Shown piece by piece: positions 52,218 through 61,048 of a stretch of DNA of 64,000 nucleotides (positions are counted from its first letter, which is position 1; each line of letters begins with the position of its first letter). The position numbers and the translations under genes are program-made. The notes beneath the pieces are model-generated. The model made no database searches and was not told the origin of the DNA. It saw only the letters and a list, made by a program, of their open reading frames with translations. The stretch is from assembly GCA_964584145.1 (NCBI GenBank), contig CAZOYU010000002.1, forward strand, positions 19,956 to 83,955, read 5' to 3'. Source of the stretch: an uncultured Candidatus Saccharibacteria bacterium (lineage in GTDB: Bacteria > Patescibacteriota > Saccharimonadia > Saccharimonadales > Saccharimonadaceae).

Positions 52218-53639
52218 TTAGGATAATTTCTTTTTTATTAACTCGTTCACAGTCGTCGGGTTTGCTTTGCCTTTGGACTTTTTCATCACTTGACCGACCA
52301 AAAAGCCAATCGCTTTCATTTCGCCATTACGTACGTCTTCCGCGGCTTTGGCGCATTCTGGTGCGGTCAAAACTTCATCAATAATCGCTTCAATTGCGTT
52401 TTCGTCATTCTCCTGAAGAAGATTCATCTCTTTCGCGAGCGTGTGCGGCGTCTTAGATGTATTCTTCTTGTCGTACATCTCCAGTAACACCTCTTTCGCT
52501 GCGGTCGAGGAAAGTTCTTTCTTTTCTACCATTTCCGATAATTCTGCCAGCTCTGGCGCTGTCGCGAGACTATAATTTTTGTCAGCATTTTCTTCTGCCA
52601 GCAAAATACTCGAGAACCAATGCGCTACGCGTGGTGCCAATTTAATATCCTTGTCGCACACTTCGCTTAGTCGTACTGCCAAAATTGGGTGATTAATAAT
52701 CGCTTCACTTTCGCTATGATCCAGATTCAAAATACCGAATTTTGCCCGATACTCATCTGGCATCATTGGCATATTTGCGGCAATCTTGTCGACATAGCTC
52801 TGCTCCAGCACTACTGGCGGCACATCCGGTTCTGGCATATAGCGATAATCTTGCGCTTCCTCTTTACTGCGTTGCGAAGTCGTCTTGCCGGTTGTGTCAT
52901 TCCAGCCGCGCGTTTCCTGCTTCACTTTTTCGCCACGTTCCAGCACTTCAATTTGGCGCTTGACTTCATATTCCACTGCGCGCTCAATCGAACGGAAAGA
53001 ATTCAAATTCTTTGTCTCCGTTCGCGTGCCGAGCTCATCGGTTTTCGATACGGACACATTAATATCGAAACGCATATTACCTTGATACAGATCGCCATTC
53101 GTCACGCCCGCATACATCATCAAGCGATGCAGCTCTTCGCAGTATGCGCGTGCTTGTGCCGCTGAATGGATGTCTGGCATCGATACAATTTCGATTAGAG
53201 GCGTACCCGCCCGGTTCAAATCTACCAAAGAATATGTACCAAAATGCGTCAACTTGCCGGCATCTTCCTCGAGGTGCGCATGTTCAATTTTTACATCCGA
53301 ACCATCCGGCAAATGCACCACGCCCGCACCGATAATTGGTTGATACATCTGTGTAATCTGATAACCTTTTGGCAAATCCGGATAGTAATAATGTTTGCGA
53401 TCGAAGCGGCTAACTAAATTAATTTGGCAATTCATTGCCAATCCCGCTCGTACGCACTTTTCGATTGCGGCTTTATTCAATGCCGGCAACATTCCCGGCA
53501 ACGCATAGTCAATCGGGCTCACGCAGGCATTCGGTTCTTTGTCGACCGCATCGTTGTCGACTGCGCTAAATAATTTTGTGACGGTATTGAGCTGTACATG
53601 ACACTCAATTCCAATTGTTGTCTTATATTCGCTCATCAA
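52218..53639 (-). CDS. gatB: Asp/Glu-tRNA amidotransferase subunit B
   Basis: 473 aa. IGIECHVQL, NRAGTPLIEIVS and a C-terminal YqeY-like domain. Confidence 0.95.
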   Translation of the reverse strand: MMSEYKTTIGIECHVQLNTVTKLFSAVDNDAVDKEPNACVSPIDYALPGMLPALNKAAIEKCVRAGLAMNCQINLVSRFDRKHYYYPDLPKGYQITQMYQPIIGAGVVHLPDGSDVKIEHAHLEEDAGKLTHFGTYSLVDLNRAGTPLIEIVSMPDIHSAAQARAYCEELHRLMMYAGVTNGDLYQGNMRFDINVSVSKTDELGTRTETKNLNSFRSIERAVEYEVKRQIEVLERGEKVKQETRGWNDTTGKTTSQRSKEEAQDYRYMPEPDVPPVVLEQSYVDKIAANMPMMPDEYRAKFGILNLDHSESEAIINHPILAVRLSEVCDKDIKLAPRVAHWFSSILLAEENADKNYSLATAPELAELSEMVEKKELSSTAAKEVLLEMYDKKNTSKTPHTLAKEMNLLQENDENAIEAIIDEVLTAPECAKAAEDVRNGEMKAIGFLVGQVMKKSKGKANPTTVNELIKKKLS

Positions 53640-54058
53640 ATTGCTCCTAAATCTTTTAAGGCCTGTCGGTAAACATCTAATGCATGTTTCGCTTGCGCAA
53701 AACTTGGCTGGAAATCTTGTTCATGCGCAATCTGGTTGCGCATTTTGTGTGCGTGCCACACGGCATTTAACTGCGTAAACTTTTCTTTGCCAATTTTCTT
53801 CATACGGTCGCCCATCGTTCGCCCCGGAATACCCATTTCGCACAGCGCTTTGTCTAGCAGTTTGTCGCCATTAATAATCGTCATCGCGTAGGACTGTTCA
53901 TTGCCTTCCGTGAGCGCATTTTCAATCCGCAGGAAATCCACCTGATAATCTTCCTTATTAAAAGATGGTCCGCGTTTTTTCGAGATACAAATCGCCACAA
54001 ACAACAGAATCCCGACCACAATCACTGCAATCAAGAAAGTAATCAGAGATCTATCCAT
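53636..54058 (-). CDS. membrane-anchored protein with Rx4H motif (HEPN/DUF4145-like), nested in gatCAB
   Basis: 140 aa. TM helix LITFLIAVIVVGILLFVAICI followed by a helical domain ending AHKMRNQIAHEQDF...AKHALDVYRQAL. Start and stop codons overlap gatA and gatB. Confidence 0.7.
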   Translation of the reverse strand: MDRSLITFLIAVIVVGILLFVAICISKKRGPSFNKEDYQVDFLRIENALTEGNEQSYAMTIINGDKLLDKALCEMGIPGRTMGDRMKKIGKEKFTQLNAVWHAHKMRNQIAHEQDFQPSFAQAKHALDVYRQALKDLGAI

Positions 54059-55446
54059 TATTTAATCTCCTCAACCGTTTGCGCAATTTTTAGCAATAGC
54101 TGATCGCTCTGGCGTGGCCCAATTAGTTGCACGCCAATTGGCAAACCCTCTTTTGACGTGCCTGCCGGGGCTGCCAATGCCGGCAAACCGGCCATACTCG
54201 GCGGCACGCTCATTACGTCTTCCATATACATCTGCAATGGGTCGTTCGTTTTCTCGCCAAATTTAAAAGCCGGCGCTGGTGCTACTGCGCAGAGCAGCGC
54301 ATCGTAATCCTCGAACGCCTTATTATAAGCATTGATCAGCAAAGTTCGCGCTTTTTGCGCTTTCAGATAATAAGCATCAAAGAAGCCTGAACTCAACACA
54401 AAGTTGCCAATCATAATTCGACGCTTGTTTTCTGGCATAAAGCCCTCGTCGCGCGTTTTGCTGTAAACACTGTTCAAATCCGTTACTTCCGCTGCGCGAT
54501 GGCCATAGCGAATTCCGTCATAACGACTCAAATTCGACGCTACTTCTGCTGGTTGTACGATGTAATAAATCGCCAAACCATATTTCATAATTGGCATTTC
54601 AATTTCTTCAACTGCGTAGCCAGTTTTTTGCATCTTCGCGGCGTAATCGCGCACAGTTTTTACGACTTCCGAATCGACCCCCTCGCCCATGAAATCCTTA
54701 ATAATGCCAATCTTTTTGCGTTTTGGTGCTACTTCAGCCAAATTTTTATTCCAAAAATCATCCAGTGTCGTCGAATCTTTCGCGTCTTTACCCGCCATAA
54801 TACTCATCACGAGGTCGACATCTGCAATGTTTTTTGCAAAACAGCCCATCACGTCTGTTGATGAGGCCATTGCTACCACGCCATAACGACTGACCGTGCC
54901 ATAAGTTGGCTTAATGCCATATACGCCGTTATAACTGGCCGGTTGGCGAATCGAGCCACCCGTATCCGAACCGAGCGCAAACGGCACGATGTCCAGCGCT
55001 ACTGCTGCCGCCGAACCGCCCGACGAGCCACCCGCGACTCGTGTCTTGTCGTGCGCATTGCAGGTTGGGCCAAAATAGGAATTTTCCGTACTTGAGCCGT
55101 GTGCATAAGCGTCCAGATTTGTTCGCCCAATCATAATTGCGCCTTCTGCTTCTAGCCGCGCCACCGCGGTTGCTGTAATTGGCGCCGGGAAATTATCCAA
55201 CATCCGCGCTGCTGCCGTTGTTACGCCATCGCGACTCAAATAATTATCCTTCAAAGCATAGGGCACGCCTGCCAGTCGCCCTACTTTTTCGCCGCGGGCA
55301 ATTTTTTCATCAATTTCGCGTGCTTTGTCGAGCGCATGTGCTTCATTCATCGAAATAAAGCAGTGATAATCTTCGCATTCTTTCGCGCGTTCCAACGCTG
55401 CGCGCACCAAATCAACTGCTTTCGTATTCTTGTCTGCGATTTTCAT
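54058..55446 (-). CDS. gatA: Asp/Glu-tRNA amidotransferase subunit A
   Basis: 462 aa. Amidase signature GGSSGGSAAAVA and GSDTGGSIRQPAS. Confidence 0.95.
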   Translation of the reverse strand: MKIADKNTKAVDLVRAALERAKECEDYHCFISMNEAHALDKAREIDEKIARGEKVGRLAGVPYALKDNYLSRDGVTTAAARMLDNFPAPITATAVARLEAEGAIMIGRTNLDAYAHGSSTENSYFGPTCNAHDKTRVAGGSSGGSAAAVALDIVPFALGSDTGGSIRQPASYNGVYGIKPTYGTVSRYGVVAMASSTDVMGCFAKNIADVDLVMSIMAGKDAKDSTTLDDFWNKNLAEVAPKRKKIGIIKDFMGEGVDSEVVKTVRDYAAKMQKTGYAVEEIEMPIMKYGLAIYYIVQPAEVASNLSRYDGIRYGHRAAEVTDLNSVYSKTRDEGFMPENKRRIMIGNFVLSSGFFDAYYLKAQKARTLLINAYNKAFEDYDALLCAVAPAPAFKFGEKTNDPLQMYMEDVMSVPPSMAGLPALAAPAGTSKEGLPIGVQLIGPRQSDQLLLKIAQTVEEIK

Positions 55447-55730
55447 AAAACTTTTGGCACCTTTATCTGATTATCTTCACTCTCGACCGTAAGTTCCAGC
55501 AAATCTTCGCGATTCGCCTCAAATTCTTCAATCACGTCCTCGCGCCATACGTTTTGCATATCAAAACATTGATAAGTTGGCTCGACGCCCTCGGTGTCCA
55601 GCTCGTCGAGCTGCGAAATATAACCGACAATATTGTCGAGATCTTTCATCAATGGCTCAATCTGTTCTTCGCTCAGCGAAATATTTGACAACTCTGCCAA
55701 ATGTAAGACGTTTTCTCTAGTGATAGCCAT
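55443..55730 (-). CDS. gatC: Asp/Glu-tRNA amidotransferase subunit C
   Basis: 95 aa. VLHLAELSNISLSEEQ...L..I..Y...L.E.DT matches the GatC pattern. Overlaps the gatA start. Confidence 0.88.
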   Translation of the reverse strand: MAITRENVLHLAELSNISLSEEQIEPLMKDLDNIVGYISQLDELDTEGVEPTYQCFDMQNVWREDVIEEFEANREDLLELTVESEDNQIKVPKVL

Positions 55731-55751
55731 AGAATCATTATAACAAGAAAA

Positions 55752-57293
55752 CTAGATATCAGATAGAGCTTCGATATCGGCGCCCAAACTCTTCAGGCGA
55801 TTAGCGAAATCTTCATAGCCGCGCGCGATTGAATAAACGTTGCGCAGAATCGACTCGCCAGGGGCGGCTAACATCGCTAGCATAATTACTACCGCCGGCC
55901 GTAGTGCTGGCGGTGCCATCATTTCTGCTGGTCGCCAATTCGTTGGGCCAGTAATGAAAATCCGATGTGCGTCCAGTAGCTCTACTTTTGCATTTAAATT
56001 ATTCAGTTCCGTCGAATAAATTGCGCGATTCTCGAATACCCAGTCATGAATCATCGTTCGGCCTTCCGCCGTCGCCGCAATCAGTGAGAAGAATGGCAAA
56101 CTGTCGATATTCAGGCCAGGGAAAGGCATCGGATGAATTTTATCAATCGGCGCTTTCAGGTCTGACGCAAACAATTTCACATCGACTAAGCGCGAGCGTC
56201 CATTTTCCGACACATATTCCTCGCTCATCTTCATTTTCTGCCCCATGCTGCGCAGAATCTCGAATTCGATTTCCAAAAATTCAATCGGTACGCGTTTAAT
56301 TTCAATCTCCGACTTCGTTGCTACGCCTGCCGCCACGAAGCTAATCGCCTCAATTGGATCCTCTGCGGGTGCATATTTGACATCGCGACTGATTTTCTCT
56401 TTGCCATACACGACCAAATTCGTTGTGCCGACCCCCTCGATTCGCACGCCTAGCGCTTGCAGGAAGAAACAGACGTCTTGCACCATATAATTTGGACTTG
56501 CGCCTACAATTGTGGTCTTGCCGGGATATAATGCCGCCGCCATCAATGCGTTCTCTGTCACTGTGTCGCCCCGCTCAATCAATACGATTTTCTTATCAAC
56601 CGGTTTCAGATCGCGCACTTTTGCCAAATAAAAGCCCGACTCTGATTTCGCATCCACTTCCAGCCCAAACTCTTTCAGCGCATGTAAATGCGGCTCGACT
56701 GTACGGGAGCCCAACGAGCAGCCGCCTGCATAAGGCAGCTTAAAATGTTTGAAACGATGCATCAGCGGTCCCATAAACATGATAATTGACCGTGTCCGCC
56801 GCGCCGCTTCAATATCTAGATTCTCCAACTGCAAGCGCTTTGGCGGTGTAATTTTTAGGTCATGATTGTCATGAATCCATTCCGTTTTTACGCCAATCGA
56901 TTCCAGTACTTCGATAATCCGATATACTTCTTCGATATGCGCCAGATGAATAAGTGTCGTGCTGCGATTGTTTAAGAGGGAAGCACAGAGCAGACCTACT
57001 GCTGCATTCTTCGACGTATTCACCGTTACGGAGCCATGCAGCTTTTTGCCCCCATGAATGCGATAGCCCGTTGTCGCGCTGTCATTCACGGTTACGATCT
57101 GCGTGCGCAACGCTTTACTAATCTTGCTAATGATCTCAAGCGAAGCATTTTGCTTGCCGTGTTCAATTCGATTAATTGCCGACTGGCTCGTCCCCACCTT
57201 CTTGGCCAATTCAACCTGCGTCATGTTCTGGCGGGTGCGTGCCGTCGTAATCAGCTCGCCAATTTCCACCATGTAGTCTGCTTGCTTCTTCAT
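55752..57293 (-). CDS. murA: XRE-type HTH domain fused to UDP-N-acetylglucosamine 1-carboxyvinyltransferase (MurA-like)
   Basis: 513 aa. The N-terminal ~70 aa (RQNMTQVELAKKVGTSQSAINRIEHGKQN) is a Cro/C1-type HTH. The rest aligns by eye to MurA (GSVTVNTSKNAA..., catalytic-Cys loop LPYAGGCSLGSRTVEPH, C-terminal IARGYEDF). Confidence 0.8.
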   Translation of the reverse strand: MKKQADYMVEIGELITTARTRQNMTQVELAKKVGTSQSAINRIEHGKQNASLEIISKISKALRTQIVTVNDSATTGYRIHGGKKLHGSVTVNTSKNAAVGLLCASLLNNRSTTLIHLAHIEEVYRIIEVLESIGVKTEWIHDNHDLKITPPKRLQLENLDIEAARRTRSIIMFMGPLMHRFKHFKLPYAGGCSLGSRTVEPHLHALKEFGLEVDAKSESGFYLAKVRDLKPVDKKIVLIERGDTVTENALMAAALYPGKTTIVGASPNYMVQDVCFFLQALGVRIEGVGTTNLVVYGKEKISRDVKYAPAEDPIEAISFVAAGVATKSEIEIKRVPIEFLEIEFEILRSMGQKMKMSEEYVSENGRSRLVDVKLFASDLKAPIDKIHPMPFPGLNIDSLPFFSLIAATAEGRTMIHDWVFENRAIYSTELNNLNAKVELLDAHRIFITGPTNWRPAEMMAPPALRPAVVIMLAMLAAPGESILRNVYSIARGYEDFANRLKSLGADIEALSDI

Positions 57294-57371
57294 AGAACAA
57301 ATATATCACTATATGCATAAAAACGCCAATAGTCGAAATAATGTTGTATTATTTACATTTTCTATTGAAAA

Positions 57372-57387
57372 ACCCTACATATAGCGT
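57372..57387 (+). promoter_or_regulatory. NrdR box 1 (ACCCTACATATAGCGT)
   Basis: 16-bp imperfect palindrome matching the published NrdR-box consensus acaCwAtATaTwGtgt. Lies upstream of nrdD. Confidence 0.6.
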
Positions 57388-57404
57388 TAAGCTTATGTTA
57401 ACAA

Positions 57405-57420
57405 ACACTACATGTAGTGT
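57405..57420 (+). promoter_or_regulatory. NrdR box 2 (ACACTACATGTAGTGT)
   Basis: Perfect 16-bp palindrome with a 17-bp spacer after box 1. Lies 50 nt upstream of the nrdD ATG. Confidence 0.7.
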
Positions 57421-57469
57421 TTAGGATGAAATAAGATTAGTCAATTGATTCAGAACAACGGAGGTAAAT

Positions 57470-59818
57470 ATGTTCAAGTCAATTCGAAAGCGTGACGGCA
57501 AAGTCGTCGCTTTCAAACCTGATAAAATCACTGAAGCTATCGCCAAAGCTGGTGCGGCGACGGGCGAATTTGGCCACGATCGTGCCGAAAACATTGCCGA
57601 AAAAGTTTTGCGCGTCGCTGAAACCGAAATTAAAAGTCGCATTCCGACCGTCGAGCAGATTCAGGACATTGTTGAAGAAGTATTGATGGAATCGGCCTTC
57701 AAAAACACCGCTAAGGCCTATATTGAATATCGCGCCGAACGCTCTCGTGTGCGTGAAGCTAAAACCAAGCTCATGCAGACCTATAATACCATCTCGCAGC
57801 TCGACGCCGAAGAGGATTCCGATGTCAAGCGTGGCAACGCTAATGTCGATGGCAACTCCGCGATGGGCAAGATGCTTCAGTTTGGCGCTGAAGGCTCCAA
57901 GGAATATGCCAAAATCTGTATCCTAAAGCCGGAATTTAGCTGGGCACACGACCATGGCGACATTCACATTCACGACCTCGATTTCCTCGCAACTGGTACG
58001 CTCACTTGCTGCCAGACCGACGTGCTGAAGCTCTTCGAAAAAGGATTCAATACCGGTCACGGTTTCTTGCGTACGCCACAATCCATCGGCACCGCTGCTG
58101 CGCTTGCTGCCATTATTCTTCAGGCTAATCAGAACGAGCAGCACGGTGGTCAGTCCATTCCTTATTTCGACTATTGTCTTGCTCCATCCGTCAACAAAAC
58201 TTTCCGCAAATCCCTCAAAGAAAATCTCAAAAAATACGAAGAATTCACCGGCAAAGATCTTAAAATTACTATTAAAGACGACATCACGCTTGGCGACGAG
58301 AAAAAACTCAAGAAAGCCAAAGTGCCTGAGAGTATTATTAAAGCCTCGATTGAGGATACCGAGCATCAAACGCTCCAAGCCATGGAAGGCTTCGTGCATA
58401 ACCTCAATACGATGCATAGCCGCGCCGGCGCCCAGGTGCCATTTACCTCAATCAACTTCGGTACCGACACTTCGCCGGAAGGTCGCCTTGTCTCCAAAAT
58501 GCTGCTCGAAGCTACAATGAATGGTCTCGGCCATCACGAAACGCCAATTTTCCCAATCTCAATCTTCAAAGTCAAAGAGGGCGTCAATTATAATCCCGAA
58601 GACCCGAATTACGACCTCTTCAAGCGTTCGATGGAAGTCTCCGCGAAGCGTCTCTTCCCGAACTTTACCTTCATCGATGCGCCATTTAACCTCCAATATT
58701 ACAAAGCTGGCGATCCGGACACCGAAATCGCCACGATGGGCTGCCGCACTCGCGTCTTCAGCTCGTGCTTCAAAGAGACTGATGGTCATGTTGCTGGCCG
58801 TGGCAATCTTTCCTTCACGACTATCAACCTTGTCCGCATCGGCATCAAGCATGGCATTGCTCTTGGCGAACGCAAAGAGGCCGACTGGGATGGTTTTTAT
58901 AAAGAACTCGACGAAAAGCTTAATCTTTGCGCCGAACAGCTTTTACAGCGTTTTGAATTCCAGGCCAACCAAAAAGTTAAGAACTTCCCATTCTTGATGG
59001 GGCAGGGCAACTGGGTTGGTAGCGAAAAGCTTGGCCCAAATGACAAGCTCCGCGATGTTATCAAGCACGGCACGCTTTCGATCGGCTTTATTGGTCTCGC
59101 CGAGACGCTGGTTGCCATGACCGGCAAGCATCATGGCGAATCAACTGAGAGCCAAGAGCTTGGCCTCGATATCATCGGCCATATGCGCGAATTCTGCGAC
59201 GATATGACCAAAAAGCATAAGCTTAATTTCTCGCTGCTCGCCACGCCTGCTGAAGGTCTTTCTGGCCGCTTCACGCGCATGGATCGCAAAGAGTATGGCA
59301 AGATTAAAGGTGTGACTGATCGCGATTTCTATACCAACTCCTTCCATGTGCCAGTATATTATCCGATTTCCGCCTTTGATAAAATCGACATTGAAGCGCC
59401 ATATCACGCTCTCTGTAACGCTGGCCATATTACTTATATTGAAATGGATGGCGACCCGTCCGATAACATCGAAGCTTTCGAAGCGGTAATTCGTCACATG
59501 AAAGAGAAGGGCATCGGCTACGGTTCCGTTAACCATCCAGTCGATCGTGACCCAGTCTGTGGTTACTCTGGCATCATCGCTGGTGATGTCTGTCCAAGCT
59601 GTGGCCGCCACGAATCTGATGGCGAAATTGGCTTTGAACGTCTCCGCCGTATTACCGGTTATCTAGTTGGCTCGCTCGAGCGCTGGAATGATGGCAAGAA
59701 AGCCGAGGAGGCTGCTCGCGTCAAACATAATGTCTCTGTTGGCCAATACGACCTAGAAACTAAAGCTAAACGCGAAGAAGCTAAAGCTAGCGCCGAAGTC
59801 GCGCTTGGAAAACAATAA
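57470..59818 (+). CDS. nrdD: anaerobic ribonucleoside-triphosphate reductase (class III) with ATP-cone
   Basis: 782 aa. N-terminal ATP-cone (IRKRDGKVVAFKPDKI), C-terminal Zn site CPSCG and glycyl-radical motif RITGYL. GGAGG lies upstream. Confidence 0.95.
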   Translation: MFKSIRKRDGKVVAFKPDKITEAIAKAGAATGEFGHDRAENIAEKVLRVAETEIKSRIPTVEQIQDIVEEVLMESAFKNTAKAYIEYRAERSRVREAKTKLMQTYNTISQLDAEEDSDVKRGNANVDGNSAMGKMLQFGAEGSKEYAKICILKPEFSWAHDHGDIHIHDLDFLATGTLTCCQTDVLKLFEKGFNTGHGFLRTPQSIGTAAALAAIILQANQNEQHGGQSIPYFDYCLAPSVNKTFRKSLKENLKKYEEFTGKDLKITIKDDITLGDEKKLKKAKVPESIIKASIEDTEHQTLQAMEGFVHNLNTMHSRAGAQVPFTSINFGTDTSPEGRLVSKMLLEATMNGLGHHETPIFPISIFKVKEGVNYNPEDPNYDLFKRSMEVSAKRLFPNFTFIDAPFNLQYYKAGDPDTEIATMGCRTRVFSSCFKETDGHVAGRGNLSFTTINLVRIGIKHGIALGERKEADWDGFYKELDEKLNLCAEQLLQRFEFQANQKVKNFPFLMGQGNWVGSEKLGPNDKLRDVIKHGTLSIGFIGLAETLVAMTGKHHGESTESQELGLDIIGHMREFCDDMTKKHKLNFSLLATPAEGLSGRFTRMDRKEYGKIKGVTDRDFYTNSFHVPVYYPISAFDKIDIEAPYHALCNAGHITYIEMDGDPSDNIEAFEAVIRHMKEKGIGYGSVNHPVDRDPVCGYSGIIAGDVCPSCGRHESDGEIGFERLRRITGYLVGSLERWNDGKKAEEAARVKHNVSVGQYDLETKAKREEAKASAEVALGKQ

Positions 59819-60342
59819 TGAATGCGCTCTGTGGGCCACAAATGGATGTGCCGGCAGGGCACATCCTCCTCTCGGGGGATCTCGAGCACGATTCCATCGT
59901 GAACGGCCCAGGATTACGCGCTGTCCTCTGGACGCAAGGTTGTCGCCAACATTGTCCGGGCTGCCAGAATCCCGAGACTTGGTCTGAGGCGGGCGTAGGT
60001 GTGCTCGTGTCACTCGATAAGGTGAAAGATGAACTGCGCGCGCTCAAAGGACAAGCAGGTCTCACTTTCTGCGGTGGTGAACCGCTTTTGCAAGCCGCCG
60101 CTTGTCTCGAGGTCGCTCAATTTTGCCATCAAGAACTCGGTTGGAATGTTTGGTCTTTTACGGGGCTAATCTATGAACAAATTCCGCGCGATTCTATTGC
60201 TTGGCAATTCGTTCAAGAACTCGACGCGCTCATCGACGGCCCGTTCATCATGGCGCAGCGCGACTTAACGCTGAAATTCCGCGGTAGCCGCAACCAGCGC
60301 ATTTTGCACCTCAATCATGGCGAAATTGTTTCGCAAGAATAA
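59818..60342 (+). CDS. nrdG: anaerobic RNR activating protein (radical SAM)
   Basis: 174 aa. NGPGLRAVLWTQGCRQHCPGCQNPETW contains the CxxxCxxC cluster. ATAATG overlap with nrdD. Confidence 0.9.
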   Translation: MNALCGPQMDVPAGHILLSGDLEHDSIVNGPGLRAVLWTQGCRQHCPGCQNPETWSEAGVGVLVSLDKVKDELRALKGQAGLTFCGGEPLLQAAACLEVAQFCHQELGWNVWSFTGLIYEQIPRDSIAWQFVQELDALIDGPFIMAQRDLTLKFRGSRNQRILHLNHGEIVSQE

Positions 60343-60369
60343 TACTATATAACTCCATTATATCACATT

Positions 60370-61020
60370 ATGCCAAAAAAGTCAAGTATAAGCTTAAAAC
60401 AACTCTATTTTGACCTTTTCCGCCGTTCGCTCGCCGCCGCTCTTCTGATTGGTCTCGGCAATTATGTTCTCTTAAAAATTGGCCAACCGCTCGGCCCCTT
60501 CCTTTTCTCGCTCGGTCTGCTCGGTGTCTGTGTTCTGGGCGCCAATCTCTTTACTGGGAAGTGCGGCTTTCTTTTTGCCGACAAAATTCCGCCATTGCGG
60601 CTCGTGATTATTCTCGCCGGCAATCTTCTGGCGGGCTACCTTGTTGGCCTTATCTTTAGTGTTAGTGATACTGTGCTGATTGAGGCCGCCCAAGCCAAAG
60701 TTGCTAGCTGGGATTTTTCCTGGGGCTTTCTGGTTAAATCTCTGCTTTGCGGTGTCGTTATGTATCTTGCCGTCGCGATTTATCGCCGCGGCTCCAAGCT
60801 CGGCATCTTGCTCGGCGTGCCGCTCTTTATTTTCTGCGGCTTCCAGCACTGCATTGCTAATATTATTACGCTCGGTGTTGCGCGCGCCTTTAGTTGGACG
60901 ATCTTGCTCTGTATTTTCGGTAATTTTATCGGCGCACTTATCGCTTACTATCTTTGCTGCGAGCCGCTTAACTCAGTCGCCAAAACGCCCGCCCCTAAGC
61001 GCAAAAATCGCCAAAGCTGA
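60370..61020 (+). CDS. formate/nitrite transporter (FNT) family protein, short form
   Basis: 216 aa with 6 predicted TM helices. ANLFTGK and GFQHCIANI resemble the FNT signatures. Confidence 0.7.
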   Translation: MPKKSSISLKQLYFDLFRRSLAAALLIGLGNYVLLKIGQPLGPFLFSLGLLGVCVLGANLFTGKCGFLFADKIPPLRLVIILAGNLLAGYLVGLIFSVSDTVLIEAAQAKVASWDFSWGFLVKSLLCGVVMYLAVAIYRRGSKLGILLGVPLFIFCGFQHCIANIITLGVARAFSWTILLCIFGNFIGALIAYYLCCEPLNSVAKTPAPKRKNRQS

Positions 61021-61048
61021 AAAATTTTTCATGCTATAATTTAAGCAA

